Origin: Octopus bimaculoides
Taxonomy: Eukaryota
NCBI RefSeq assembly: GCF_001194135.2
Contig: NC_068981.1
Location: forward strand, 133,894,684 to 133,945,314
DNA length: 50,631 nt
Reading direction: 5' to 3'
In this document: positions 12,901 to 25,261 of the stretch, in pieces
How the letters are laid out: each line of letters opens with the position of its first letter
Position numbering within the stretch: the stretch's first letter is position 1
The notes under the pieces: generated by a model
Database searches by the model: none
The model's input: the letters and a program-made list of their open reading frames with translations, nothing else
Told to the model about the DNA's origin: nothing
Program-made: the position numbers and the translations under genes

Positions 12901-13345
12901 CTCCATTCTGGTGTTGAATAATGAACTTCTATCACAAAAATTTTTTCAAAGCAGTTCCACAATTTCTTAGAAACCAATCTCACTCGACTTTTTGGGCAGA
13001 ATAAAGTTTCCGTAACACTCATCTTCCAACTATGACTTGCACTCATTAAAAATTTCCTCATGTCTTCTATAATACACAGGAAACGTAATATCCTCCTCCA
13101 AATTATACATAAATTCAGAAATTGCATTAGCCATGCCATCTGGTGTAAACGAACTTACTGGATTTTCGGACTTCACCGACTGTAGCTCAATTAATTGTTG
13201 TTATAGTTTTTGTTTTGTTTTTGCAACTCTTGTAGTTGTTCCTGTTGCTTCCATTGAAGCTGTACTACTGCAGCTAATAGGTTTTCTATGACACAAAAGT
13301 TGTCAAATAACCAATGTGAGTTTCGAATGATCCTTGTCACCAGAT
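9976..13345 (-). mobile_element. Degenerate Ty3/Gypsy LTR retrotransposon internal region (gag-protease-RT-RNaseH-integrase), antisense in a GID4 intron
   Basis: Fragments in Gypsy order: Q-rich gag N-terminus and FKLQVLTQDKFKSLIFVQGL; CCHC-like knuckle; protease region; RT (PVFKANRKVPFG, KLDLSEAYLQ, YLDD at rc 11559-11570); RNaseH (SDASEHGLGAVL, YSKIEKEALAIIFAVKKFH); integrase (HPGMARMKAL, YHPRSNRQVERFVDTFKRAL). Many stops and frameshifts. PBS-like TGGTGACAAGGA at rc 13331-13342. No paired LTRs recognised. Confidence 0.92.
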
Positions 13346-13380
13346 ATTATATCCTTATGAATAAATGAATACACTGCAAC

Positions 13381-13779
13381 AGTGTATGGCTGTGTGGTAA
13401 GTAGCTTGCTTACCAACCACATGGTTCTGGGTTCAGTCCCACTGCATGGCACCTTGGGCAAGTGTCTTCTACTATAGCCTCGGGCCGACCAAAGCCTTGT
13501 GAGTGGATTTGGTAGACGGAAACTGAAAGAAGCCCGTCGTATATATGTATATATATGTGTATGCATGTGTATATGTTTGTGTGTCTGTGTTTGTCCCCCC
13601 AACATCGCTTGACAACCGATGCTGGTGTGTTTACGTCCCCGTTACTTAGCATTTTGACAAAAGAGGCCGATAGAATAAGTACTAGGCTTACAAAGAATAA
13701 GTCCTGGGGTCGATTTGCTCAACTAAAGGCGGTGCTCCAGCATGGCCACAGTCAAATGACTGAAACAAGTAAAAGAGTA
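13381..13779 (+). mobile_element. SINE family A, full length
   Basis: Head, internal (AT/GT)n tract and TGAAACAAGTAAAAGAGTA tail. Confidence 0.92.
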
Positions 13780-13916
13780 TTGATAAGAGATCAGGAGATG
13801 ACTGGTATGGGTGGGAGGATGAGAGATATACAGAGGCAGAGATAGAGAGGTAGAGAGAGAGAGAGATTTTTATTAATATCTCTTTGTTATATTTATGTTT
13901 GTCTGTCTGTCTGCAG

Positions 13917-14047
13917 GAACACTTCTTAGTGCCAAACCACAAGATTACAGACATAAATGGAGCATCATTTGCTGGATTTTACTACATCTGCTTCTGGAAA
14001 TCTAATTCTACCATTGAAGGTTATTATTATCACCGAAGTTCTGAATG
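13917..14047 (+). CDS. GID4: GID4 internal coding exon (131 nt, phase 0/2)
   Basis: CTGCAG acceptor, GTAAGT donor at 14048. Encodes [43 protein letters not shown] plus TG of Trp. Confidence 0.97.
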
Positions 14048-14709
14048 GTAAGTTGATATCCTTACAGTTTATTTTTAAATCAGATCAATTCTAACAATAT
14101 TTATGCTTTGTTTGAAATTCATCTTCTTCTTCTTCTTCCCTCATCCAACATCTTAGTTTTGTATATCACAATATCATCAAGTTAATACATTCTCAGTTTA
14201 TATTTTATGCAAAACATAAGAATTGAAGTAAATGTAACAGTGTGGATGTTTTAGCTGTGAGGGAAAATAATAACAATATAAACACATTACCTTTTATGCT
14301 TTTGATGTGCAGATAAAAGAGGTGAGGGAGACACATGATAAGCTGTTTCCTTCAGCTAGTCAGTAGCAATAGAATAGTTACCTGTTATAAAAAGAAGTCA
14401 TAAATCTAGTTATAACCATACTGGATAGCTTAATTTGCATATTTTTGCTTATAACTGCTCATCATTAATTAAACAATGTATATTTTAGGTATATAGGTGC
14501 ANNNNNNNNNNNNNNNNNNNNNNNNNNNNNNNNNNNNNNNNNNNNNNNNNNNNNNNNNNNNNNNNNNNNNNNNNNNNNNNNNNNNNNNNNNNNNNNNNNN
14601 NNNNNNNNNNNNNNNNNNNNNNNNNNNNNNNNNNNNNNNNNNNNNNNNNNNNNNNNNNNNNNNNNNNNNNNNNNNNNNNNNNNNNNNNNNNNNNNNNNNN
14701 NNNNNNNNN

Positions 14710-14752
<43 letters not shown>

Positions 14753-14957
14753 GTGTGTCTGTGTTTGTCCCCTCACCATCACTTGACAACTGATGCTGGT
14801 GTGTTTACATCCCCGTAACTTAGTGCTTTGGCATAAGAGACCAATAGAATAAGTACTAGGCTTACAAAGAATAAGTCCTGGGGTCGATTTGTTTGACAAA
14901 AGGCGGTGCTCCAGCATGGTCACAGTCAAATGACTGAAAGAAATAAAAGAGTGAAAG
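14710..14957 (+). mobile_element. SINE family A 3' half (head in N gap)
   Basis: Matches the family-A body and tail. Confidence 0.88.
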
Positions 14958-15037
14958 AAAATACAACATGACTCAGAAGGATTGAAATAAATTTAATTAT
15001 TAGAAAGCCTTAGCTTATTTAATTGCTTCATCTTTAA

Positions 15038-15236
15038 CCCTTTAGCATTCAGATTACTCTGTCAAGTGTAATGCTTATTTATTCACATTGGTTTAAATTA
15101 ATCATGCATTATCTTGTAGATCTGAAATTTCAATGATGTGATTGTAGTAGGTGTGAGAGGCCAGATCTGCCCAGTTTGAACATAAAACAAGTAGAAAATT
15201 TGGGGGCTGGATATGGCCAGTTTAAATGCTAAAGGG
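15038..15236. mobile_element. piggyBac-type MITE family 1
   Basis: TTAA|CCCTTTAGCATT...AATGCTAAAGGG|TTAA. Further copies at 36888-37106, about 27023-27226 and about 26022-26178. Confidence 0.85.
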
Positions 15237-15707
15237 TTAAATGGCACAAAATATCAACTGCAGTTGTAGACCCTATCAATCGAGCTGTTGTATGGTATAG
15301 CTGACAAACCAGAGGTCTCTGCCAAGCTCCAGTATGGTTTCTACTGCAGGATGCCTTTCCTTGCACCAACCACCGGACTGAACGTACTGGACGCTTTTTA
15401 CATGGCACCAGCACCAGTGAGGTCACCAAGTAACTTACAAAATAAGACACCCCGCCATCCTTTCAATTGAGGGAGGTGGCTTTGTGCCAGGTGATGAGAG
15501 ATATGATAGAGGAACAAAAACAGATGTCTTGCTGTAGAGGAGATCCATTAGTATGAATAATTTTGACAGCTAAAATAAGGTTTTGTTAACTGAAGATGTA
15601 AAATGACTATATTTACTCCATTTAATACCACTTTATTTATATTTCCTATCAATAACATTCTTTCTTTATTTCTGCATTATTTTATTTTTTTTTGTTTTTT
15701 GTTTTAG

Positions 15708-15771
15708 GTACCAGTCCTTAAAACTGGAACACGTCAGTGAACAGAGCGCCCCTGTCTATGCATTCCGATGA
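15708..15771 (+). CDS. GID4: GID4 terminal coding exon
   Basis: Poly-T tract plus TAG acceptor; the first G completes Trp; encodes YQSLKLEHVSEQSAPVYAFR then TGA at 15769-15771. Confidence 0.96.
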
Positions 15772-17511
15772 CAAGTGTGAGTTCTCAGTGTGGGCATAGT
15801 GCGTATGTGTCTAACTGCTTGCCTAAGTGAGTGCATGTTTGCTGCCAAATAAAAACAACAAAAAACAAACAAAAAAGATGCCCTCCTCTTGTCCCACGCC
15901 CCTCTTCCCCCAGCCCACCACCAGCTGCTAACTCTATTTCTTCAAGTGCCATAAGTGGTAGCCTCCTGCATCATGCTAGCAACAGCATACTACTTACTAT
16001 ACTAGCATTANNNNNNNNNNNNNNNNNNNNNNNNNNNNNNNNNNNNNNNNNNNNNNNNNNNNNNNNNNNNNNNNNNNNNNNNNNNNNNNNNNNNNNNNNN
16101 NNNNNNNNNNNNNNNNNNNNNNNNNNNNNNNNNNNNNNNNNNNNNNNNNNNNNNNNNNNNNNNNNNNNNNNNNNNNNNNNNNNNNNNNNNNNNNNNNNNN
16201 NNNNNNNNNNNNNNNNNNNNNNNNNNNNNNNNNNNNNNNNNNNNNNNNNNNNNNNNNNNNNNNNNNNNNNNNNNNNNNNNNNNNNNNNNNNNNNNNNNNN
16301 NNNNNNNNNNNNNNNNNNNNNNNNNNNNNNNNNNNNNNNNNNNNNNNNNNNNNNNNNNNNNNNNNNNNNNNNNNNNNNNNNNNNNNNNNNNNNNNNNNNN
16401 NNNNNNNNNNNNNNNNNNNNNNNNNNNNNNNNNNNNNNNNNNNNNNNNNNNNNNNNNNNNNNNNNNNNNNNNNNNNNNNNNNNNNNNNNNNNNNNNNNNN
16501 NNNNNNNNNNNNNNNNNNNNNNNNNNNNNNNNNNNNNNNNNNNNNNNNNNTGATGCAATGTTAGTCAGGTTAAGGTACTGGGCTGCTAGTCACACTGTCC
16601 AATGGTCAAACCTTACTACTGTCGTTGTGTTGTGCTCCTGAGCAAGGCACAAAATTCTTGTTTCTGTTTGCCTGACTGAAAAAATAAACAGCAACATTCA
16701 CACTGCTATTTCATTGTTGAATGGTTAATTGAAGAAAGGGCATCCAGTGACAAAAACAATTGCTCTATTTTAAACAAAAAAAACCCATCCCATCCATGCT
16801 TGCATGGAAAAAGCAATGGATGTAAAATAGTAAAAGATAAAAGGGACTCTTTATTCTCAAGACTCAATGGAAATTTCATTGTTTTGTCCATTTAATTGTT
16901 TTTGTTTTGTTTTTGTTGTTTTTTCGTCCACCTTGTTGAAAAAAAATTACAAAACAAAATTGGTATGAAATTTTATGTACCCTCATCTATCAAAATCTGG
17001 ATCTTGTTGATGCAGATGTCTAGCCAATGTGCCAAGTTCCATTCTCATCATTACCTTTGTTGCTATTAAAATTTTTAAAAGAAGGAAAAAAACATCTCTT
17101 TTTTTTCTTTTGTCCTTTTTTTTTGCAATTTAAAAAACCATTTCTCCTCTTCCTGAGATCCTTGTTCTTCATTCCTCTTCAAATCTTTTACATTTTTTTA
17201 ATATCAAGGTTAATGTACCTGACATCATATGCAATGCATTCAAACCATATCCAAGAAAAGGTGATCTTCCAGCTATAGAACACATTGGACACTTTCTGAC
17301 ATCCCATAGTCCCTTTTCAGTTGTTCCCAGGCTCCATCTTTTTCTACAGTCACTGCAGCAACATTTGCTTCATTGAACTTAATGATTCTTCATCACCATC
17401 TAACACTAATTATGCACCTTGTTTTCTTTCTTTTCTTTCTTTTCTTTCTTCAGTTATTTCAACTGATCCCATACTAAAAACATTGCTCATTATATATCAA
17501 CCCCATAACTA

Positions 17512-17729
17512 TGAGGGGTGTGCTGAAAAGTTCCTGGTTTTTGGTAAAAGAAAATACAGGAGGATCAGTTAATTATGATTTTATTGAACATATTCCCCTC
17601 TCAGATTCACACACTTATTCCAGCAGTCCTTCAGTTTTTCTAAGCCCTGTAAAAGAACTCAGAAGGTTGGGCCTCCAACCAGGCCTTTCACAATATCCTT
17701 AAAGCCAGTGACTTTTCGGCACCCCCTCA
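17512..17729. mobile_element. Mariner-type MITE
   Basis: TA|TGAGGGGTGTGCTGAAAAGTTCCTGG...CCAGTGACTTTTCGGCACCCCCTCA|TA; second copy at 3752. Confidence 0.88.
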
Positions 17730-18289
17730 TACACACTTTGTTTTCATTTTCACCTGAAGCTATCAATGTGCAATGAATCAAATTGTTGAGCATTAATTCA
17801 CTTCACTAATCCAGTGAGAGATTATAAAAGTTATGGAAACTCACTACCCTACCCCTACTTCTTCTGACAAAAACAAACAAAAATCTCATTTCCCACAATT
17901 CCATACTATTGAAACATTTTTTGTTTTTTGGGGTTTCTTTAAGCAACATGAAAATTTGAAATGTATTCCTTGGAGATAAGATGATTTAATTGAATATTAT
18001 TATTACATTTTAGAATTAGAAGTCAGCAAAAGTTTTTGGTTGAGGACTAGACTAAATACATAATATCATTCAGTTTTGTCGTTCTACGTTGTCAATTTTA
18101 CCTACTTCACTGGAGTAGGTAAATTACCAGGTTTAAATAAATGCCATGTTTGGGGGAAAGGAAGAGACTAATTCAATAGCTATATAATTATAAATGAGTA
18201 AGAAATTACTAATATTATGTTTTCATGGCATTTGCCATATTGTAACAATAAGTTGTCTTCTTCTCAACTTTTCAGTTGCCTGTGAAACC

Positions 18290-18700
18290 TAAACCATCAG
18301 CATATACCTGCCAAGCCCTTCTATTCCATGCAAGCCTTTTTATCAACTTCCAGTTCATTGAGTCTTGGTGGTTTCCAGGAAATTAGGATCTTCTGTGCAT
18401 CATTAGACAGCATTAGTGTCATTTCTTTGTGTAAGGACCTCAACTTTTTTTATATTTTGAGGTTAGAGGGTGCCTCAGCCTCCTTAGAAGGGTCCTGACC
18501 AGAGGATATCTTCAGTCTCTGAAGTAGAGAGCTCCCTTACATAAGACTGACAGGCCCTGTTTTGTCTTGTGTTGAAAGCAGCAGAACTATACCAACGCTC
18601 AATCCTGTACCGGTCATCAGCATGCAAGACGAGAATGTTGTAACTGTAAACCAGCAGTTGGTGCCATTTTTTATATCCCCTGGAGAGAGTCCTGCATATA
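18290..18700 (-). mobile_element. Possible highly decayed RTE-like LINE 3' fragment
   Basis: Weak peptide resemblance (SYNIL, DDR, YVREL...EDILWS, DPN-WET) to RTE C-terminal motifs; an unrecognised exon is not excluded. Confidence 0.3.
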
Positions 18701-18921
18701 AACTGGGCAAAAATAAGTTGAAATCATTTCACCTTACTTAGCTTGGAGTGGAGAGCATGATCATTATGACTTTATACTTTCTATGACATCATAGCTAAAG
18801 AAGGGGCCCTTACTACAGCCACTTGGCCTGCTAGATGTTGTAGCTAAATCTGCCTCAAACACAGCCTACTATCTTCCATAAAAAAGGATATATTAACAAT
18901 GTAGCCCTCTATATTATATAT

Positions 18922-19190
18922 TCTCTTTTACTCTTTTACTTGTTTCAGTCATGTGACTGCGGCCATGCTGGAGCACCGCCTTTATTTGAGCAAATCGACC
19001 CCAGGACTTATTCTTTGTAAGCCTAGTACTTATTCTATCGGTCTCTTTTGCCGAACCGCTAAGTTACAGGGACGTAAACACACCAGCATTGGTTGTCAAG
19101 CGATGTTGGGGGGACAAACACAAACACACATATATATACATATATATGACGGGCTTCTTTCAGTTTCCGTCTACCAAATCCACTCACAAA
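18922..19190 (-). mobile_element. SINE family A, 5'-truncated, young
   Basis: High similarity to 13381-13779. Confidence 0.92.
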
Positions 19191-19921
19191 TATATATATA
19201 CATACATGAAGATGTAGGGTGGGGATGAGTTTACATATATATATATATATGTAAAGGTGGGATGCTTACAGTGAGAATCCTTTGATCATAGGTCTCTTGA
19301 TTAAAGCTAGCCTTGGGTTGAACAACAACAACAACTCATTTCATGGCTTGTTTTTTGTTGTTAGTATAGCAGAGACAGTACAACTTCTATGTTGAAAAGC
19401 ATCTGGTGTAATCACTTGTTACATTCAACCATTGATTTCTCAGGGGTCAAGAAAGTAAATTAAAATAAACAACTGTAATATTTCACACCAGAGTCAGTTA
19501 CTACATCCATCTTAGCATGCTTATTGAAAGGAGTTGAGTTTTCGCACTGTTTTGCATTGTTTAAGAATATTTAATGAATCCATATGAAATAAAATCTTGT
19601 CTTCAAATATTTCAGGATAAGAAAATTTTGCACAATCACTAGTGAGTTAGCCAAAATCTTTGCATATCTGGTACTCAGCTTTTATATGCCAAATTCAAAT
19701 CCTACCAGGTTTGACATTTCCATTTCTTCCCTTCTTGGATCCCTGAAAAAATACCAGTAATACACTGTGATCAATGAGAAACCTTAGTCTTTATATAAAA
19801 ACAAGACAGAAATTACATTATTGTTACTGTTGTTATTTAATTTTGTCTTTCATCTGATAGGAGACTGGTCTCAATATGTTTTAATACTTAGTTTTGTCCA
19901 TTTTTATGCAGATTCTTCTTA

Positions 19922-20150
19922 GATCATCATCATCATCATCATCATTTAACATCCGTATTCCATGCTGGCATGGGCTGGACGATCTTAACAGGAGCTGGTC
20001 AGCTGGAGAGCTGCACCAGGCCCCAGTTGACTGTTTTGGCATGGTTTTCTACAGTTTCAATGCCAGTCACTTTACAGAATGTACTGGTGTTTTATACATG
20101 ATACCAGTACACATGCATTTTACATGGCAACAGCATGGGTGCTTTTTATG
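19922..20150 (-). mobile_element. SINE family B 3' part
   Basis: (ATC)n tail then TTTAACATCCGTATTCCATGCTGGCATGGG. Confidence 0.75.
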
Positions 20151-20309
20151 TGGCACCAATAAAATATTTATCAGTCACATACTAAGTTGGTTTAATTGTG
20201 CCTTATCTTCCTCAAAATATTCATCCCTGAACACTGGAAAAAATTCTCTGCAGTATTTGCTCCAAGTTTTTACATTTTGAGTTCAAGACCTATTGGGGCA
20301 AGCGAAAGC

Positions 20310-20660
20310 GAAACCATCAATGGCACCTGTGCCCAGCATCGCCTTCCTGGCACGTGTAAAGACTTTTGAGCGAGATCATTGCCGGTGCCGCCGAACTGGC
20401 TCTTGTGCCGGTGGCACGTAAAATACACCATTTTGAGCATGGCCATTGCCAGTACCACCTGACTGGCCTTCGTGCTGGTGGCACGTAAAAGCACCCACTA
20501 CACTCTGAGTGGTTGGTGTTAGGAAGGGCATCCAGCTGTAGAAATCAGATTGGAGCCTGGTGTAGCCATCTGGTCTCACCAGTCCTCAGTCAAATCGTCC
20601 AACCCATGCTAGCATGGAAAGCGGACGTTAAACGACAATGATGATGATGATGATGATGAT
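20310..20660 (+). mobile_element. SINE family B body with RTE-like tail
   Basis: Near-identical to 7438-7801; ends GGACGTTAAACGACAATGATGATG. Confidence 0.9.
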
Positions 20661-20944
20661 CTTGCCAAGATCAACTTTGCCTTTCATCCTTTCAGAATCA
20701 ATAAAATAAAGTATCTGTCTAGTACTGGAGTCAACGGGTTCGACTAACCCCTCTCCTCAAAATTTGTGACCTTGTGCTGAAATTTGAAACTATAAGGAAC
20801 AGACTGAGAGTATTAAGGGCCCTCAGGCATAACTGTTTACCGGGCCCCTTAGCATTGATATCAGTAGAGTTAACATGTAGAGTACGGACCCCTCATAGCT
20901 CCGGGCCCTCGATCAGTGCCCGATTGACTGATAGCTCAGTCTGC

Positions 20945-21155
20945 CCTTCAGCTGATAGAATCATTAGCACATCAGACAAAATGCTTAGTGGTATTTTCTC
21001 AGGCTTTTACATTCTGAGTTCAAATCCTACTGTAGTCAAGTTTGCCTTTTATCCTTTCAGCATCAAGGAAATAAAGTATTAGTCAAGTCCTGGTATCAAT
21101 GGTATTGACTGATCCCATTCCCACCAAAACTGCTGGCTTTGTGCCTAAATTGAAA
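20945..21155 (+). mobile_element. SINE family C
   Basis: Head GAATCATTAGCAC...GAGTTCAAATCC, then core TTTGCCTTTTATCCTTTC...ATAAAGTATTAGTC. Confidence 0.75.
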
Positions 21156-21425
21156 CCATAATTATTATAACTACTACTACTATTACTACTACTGCTACTA
21201 CTACTACTGCTACTACTACTACTTTTCCCTTTTTACTTCCAGCTTTATATCCTGTAGAGTTAGGTCCTAACTATGGTCATGGGGTGTTACAGAGTAAGAT
21301 GTCACTCAGTTACTTTGCAATCACATGGCCTTGAGTTCAATCCCACTCCAAAACCTTGTGAATGGATGATTTGATAAGCAGAAACTGGAAGCAGTCCATC
21401 ATATGTGTGTATATTTATGTATATT

Positions 21426-21772
21426 GTCATCATCATCATCATTTAGCATCTGCTTTCCATGCTGGTATGGGTTAGATGGTTTGACTGGAACTGGTAAGCT
21501 GGAGAGCTGCACCAGGCTCCAATCTGATTTGGCATGGTTTCTACAGCTGGAGGCCCTTCCTAAGGCAAACTACTCTAAGAGTGTAATGGGTACTTTTTAC
21601 ATGCCACCGGCATGAGTGTTTTTATGTGCCACCAGCACAGGTGCTCTTTTGTACCACTGGCCTGAGTGCCAGTTACAGGACAGCAGCATATCGCCAAAAG
21701 TCTCGGTCATTTGTCATCTCCTCTGTGAGGCCGAATGTTCAAAGATCGTGTTTCACCACCTCGTAACATGCA
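21426..21772 (-). mobile_element. SINE family B-related copy
   Basis: (ATC)n tail and family-B 3' sequence; a similar copy lies at 22084-22420. Confidence 0.75.
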
Positions 21773-22926
21773 TGTGTGTCTGTGCATTTGTTACATTTGT
21801 GTCTATGCTTTGAGATGTGTTGCTGTTGTCACTTCTATTGACAAATCATCCACTCGCTTTGCACCTTCAAAGATATGTGGAACATGATTCATTACTTGAA
21901 AAACAGGTAAGGATCAGTGACAGGAAGAGCATCCAGCTGTCAAACAATGTCTCGATATTTTCATCTAACCCATGCTATCATGCAAAACAGACATAAACAA
22001 ATTATTTCCAAAGTATTACTTGCCATTTGACAGGTAATATTCAGAGTATACCGTGGTTAATTTCAGGAAATGTTACCTAGGTATTATCATCATCATATTT
22101 AGCGTCTGCTTTCCATGCTGGCATTGGTTAGACTGTTTGACTGAAACTGGAAGCTGGAGAGCTTCACCAGGTTCCAATCTGATTTGGCTAAGTTTCTATA
22201 GCTGGATGCCTTCCTAATGCCAACCATTCCAAGAATATAGTGGGTGCTTTTTACATGCCAGTTACATGACACCAGCATCAGTCACAACTACGCTTTCACT
22301 TGGGTTGACAAGTCTTCTCGAGCACAGCATATTGCCAAAGGTCTCGGTTAATAGTCATTGCCTCCGTGAGGCCCAACGTTCAAAGATCATACTTCACCAC
22401 CTCGTCCCATATCTTCCTGGGTCTACAATATTTATATTACTTTTCCAAATTTCTTAGTCCTTATACAAAATAATGGAATCACACTAATTTTAAAATAAAA
22501 ATATTCATTAAATTCAAACAAATTTCTCAGGCATATGCATGGCTGTGTGGTTAGAAGTTTGTTTCCCAACTGTGTGGTGTAGGGTTCAGTCCCACTATAT
22601 AGCAGCCTGGGCAAATGTCTTCTGCAAAGCCCTGTGAGTGGATTTGGTGAATGGAAACCGAAAGAAGTCCAATGTGTACCTGGGTGTGCCTTTGTATCTC
22701 TCTATATTCCCCACTGTTTCATAACCAGTGTTGGTTTGTTTACATCTCCATAACTTAGCAATTCTGCAGAAACTGATAGAATAAGTATCAGACTTCAAAA
22801 AAACAAACAAGTATTGAGGTCAATTTTTTTGACTAAAACCCTTCAAGGTTGACTTCATGCAGTCATTGGACTGCATGGCTGTAGTCCAATGATTGAAACA
22901 AGTAAGGGATAAAAGATATGTTATCA

Positions 22927-23283
22927 GGCATGGCTGTGTGGTAAGAAGCTTGCTTCCCAATCACATGGTTCCAGGTTCAGTCTAACTGCATGGCACCTTG
23001 AGCAAGTGTCTTCTACTATAGCTTCAGGCCAACCAAAGCCTTGTGAGTGGATTTAGTAGACAGAAACTGAAAGAAGCCCATCATATATATGTATATGTTT
23101 GTCCCCCACCCACCCACCATCACTTGACAACCAATGGTGGTGTGTTTACATCCCCGTAACTTAGCAGTTCAGCCTAAGAGACTGATAGAATAATTACTAG
23201 GCTTACAAACAGTAAGTCCTGGGGTCGATTTGTTCAACTAAAGGCAGTGCTTCAGCTAAATGACTGAAACAAATAAAAGAATA
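22927..23283 (+). mobile_element. SINE family A, full length
   Basis: Head-to-tail match; an older copy lies immediately upstream (about 22535-22912). Confidence 0.85.
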
Positions 23284-23496
23284 ATAGCAAAAGACTGTTT
23301 ACCTATCAATTGATTACAAGAGTTGTATCTGAAACTACCAATCGTGGCAAAAATATGTTCCCAGCATAACTTGTTATATGACACTCTAAGTAGTATATAT
23401 AATGACCAAGAGAGATAAACCCATTAGGATTATAGTTATCTCCCTTTAGGGGACACACAAACAGAAGCAGATGGAGACACACTGTCAATTATGTTA

Positions 23497-23835
23497 TCTT
23501 TTACTTGTTTCAGTCATTAGACTTGGATATCACCTTGAAGAGATTTTACTCAGGATATTTTTTAAAGCCTTGGTCTCTTTTGCCAAACTACTAAGTTATG
23601 GAGATGTAGATAAACCAACACTGATTGTCAAAGTAGTGGGGGACAAACAGAGACACACACATATATATATATATGTGTATATATATATAACAGGCTTTTT
23701 TTCAGTTTCTGTCTACCAAATCCACTCACAAGGCCTTGTTCAGTCTGAGACTATAGTAGAAGATACTTGCTCAAGATACCATGTAGTGAGACTGAACCTG
23801 GAACCATTCGGTTGGGAAGCAAACTTCTTGTCACA
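23497..23835 (-). mobile_element. SINE family A, diverged
   Basis: Tail-to-head match in reverse. Confidence 0.8.
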
Positions 23836-25261
23836 CATTACTGAAATAAAGTATTGAATATAACCGAGACAATAGAAAACCCGACTAAATATACCATAGT
23901 ATTTAACAATTGCTTCATATCCAAGTTCAAAGTACAAATCCCACAATACCTCATTCTCCTTTTAATAGTCTCATCATCATCATCATCCTTTAGTGTCCAT
24001 CTCCCATGCAGGCATGGGTTGAACGGTTTGACAGGAGCCAGCCAGGCAGAAGACTACCCCAGGCTACTGTGTCTGTTTTGGCAAGGTCTTTACGGCTGGA
24101 TGCCCTTACTAACACCAAGTCTTTTTAAATAATACTCAGTAATATACTTGGGGTCATTACAATTGACTATATCTCTTAATTTTAATCATTGGTTATCTAC
24201 CAAAGTATAAATCGTCGTTAAGACTGACCAGCCTGGTGCAAGAACAGTCCATTAAGCAAAGTTCGGTTCTTCATTGAAACTAATCTACTTCATTTATGTC
24301 AGTATTTCTTAAGGATGGAAACTTGTGAATAGTAAAAAGGAGTAGACAAATTGATATGTTTAATAGAATTAGATTGTTTTAAACATTTTTCAGTTTGTCG
24401 AACATCATAGCAAAGAAGGAATTATATGGATGTAGAGGGTATCAGCAATCTTGGAAGGAATGCTGTACAGAGAACGTCACCTTTTAAGTGCATGAAGACT
24501 AAAATGGCAGATAAGGCAAAAGAACCCAGCATGGGTAAATGGTTCAGAAGGCATTACAGTAAGATGTATGGTACATCTAGAGTACTCTCTTCATGGAATA
24601 CAAGCTTGTGGCCAGTCTCTATGGAAGGGATTGGGACCCTACCATGTACATAATTGCATCCATAGTAAATCATGGATCTTTGACTAACTGAATAGAGATC
24701 TTTGATATTCAACTTGCTGAGAGCAGAAAGCAGGTGGTGGACCAGCTGAATCATTAAAACATCTTATGGTATTTAGTTATAGCTCTCTATATTCTGAGTT
24801 CAATCCTACCTAGGCCAGCTTAGCTTTTCATCCTTCTAAAATCAATAAGGTACAAGTCGAGTCCTGGAGTTGATTTAATCGACTAAATACTTCCCTAAAA
24901 AAATTGTCCCTATGTAAAACTACATTGAATTTATATGTATTTGGTAGTGGGGCAGTTTAAATGCCTTATATAAAATTAGCCCTTTTTCTCTAGTTTGCCA
25001 TTGTTGCTTACAAGAAGACAGTGTGTTATTGTTGTTTATCTCCAATAAACCAGACCTATGATCAATATGATTCCAGCCATGACTATCCTGTCTTTCTTTC
25101 CAAGTATAGTTTATCTAGAACCATATGCAATATGTTTTTAACGTACTTTTCAACTATAGAATGTGACTTGACACATTTGGCTGCTATTTCTAGCAGGACC
25201 ATGTAGAGATTCCTCTGTTGACTCATGGACAGTGAAATCAGTGCTGAATGTACTGAGTGAA

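Noticed and set aside
13303-13954. Recurrent ORFs such as MLEHRL...STPGLILCKPSTYSIG and RRHLPKVP.SGTEP
   Set aside because: They are translations of SINE family A and recur wherever the SINE does.
18097-18123. 10-bp hairpin TTTACCTACT/AGTAGGTAAA
   Set aside because: Too short and AT-rich to exceed chance in 50 kb; no supporting context.
20800-20945. GC-rich patch with GGGCCC motifs (possible hAT MITE)
   Set aside because: No convincing TIR pair or TSD could be established.
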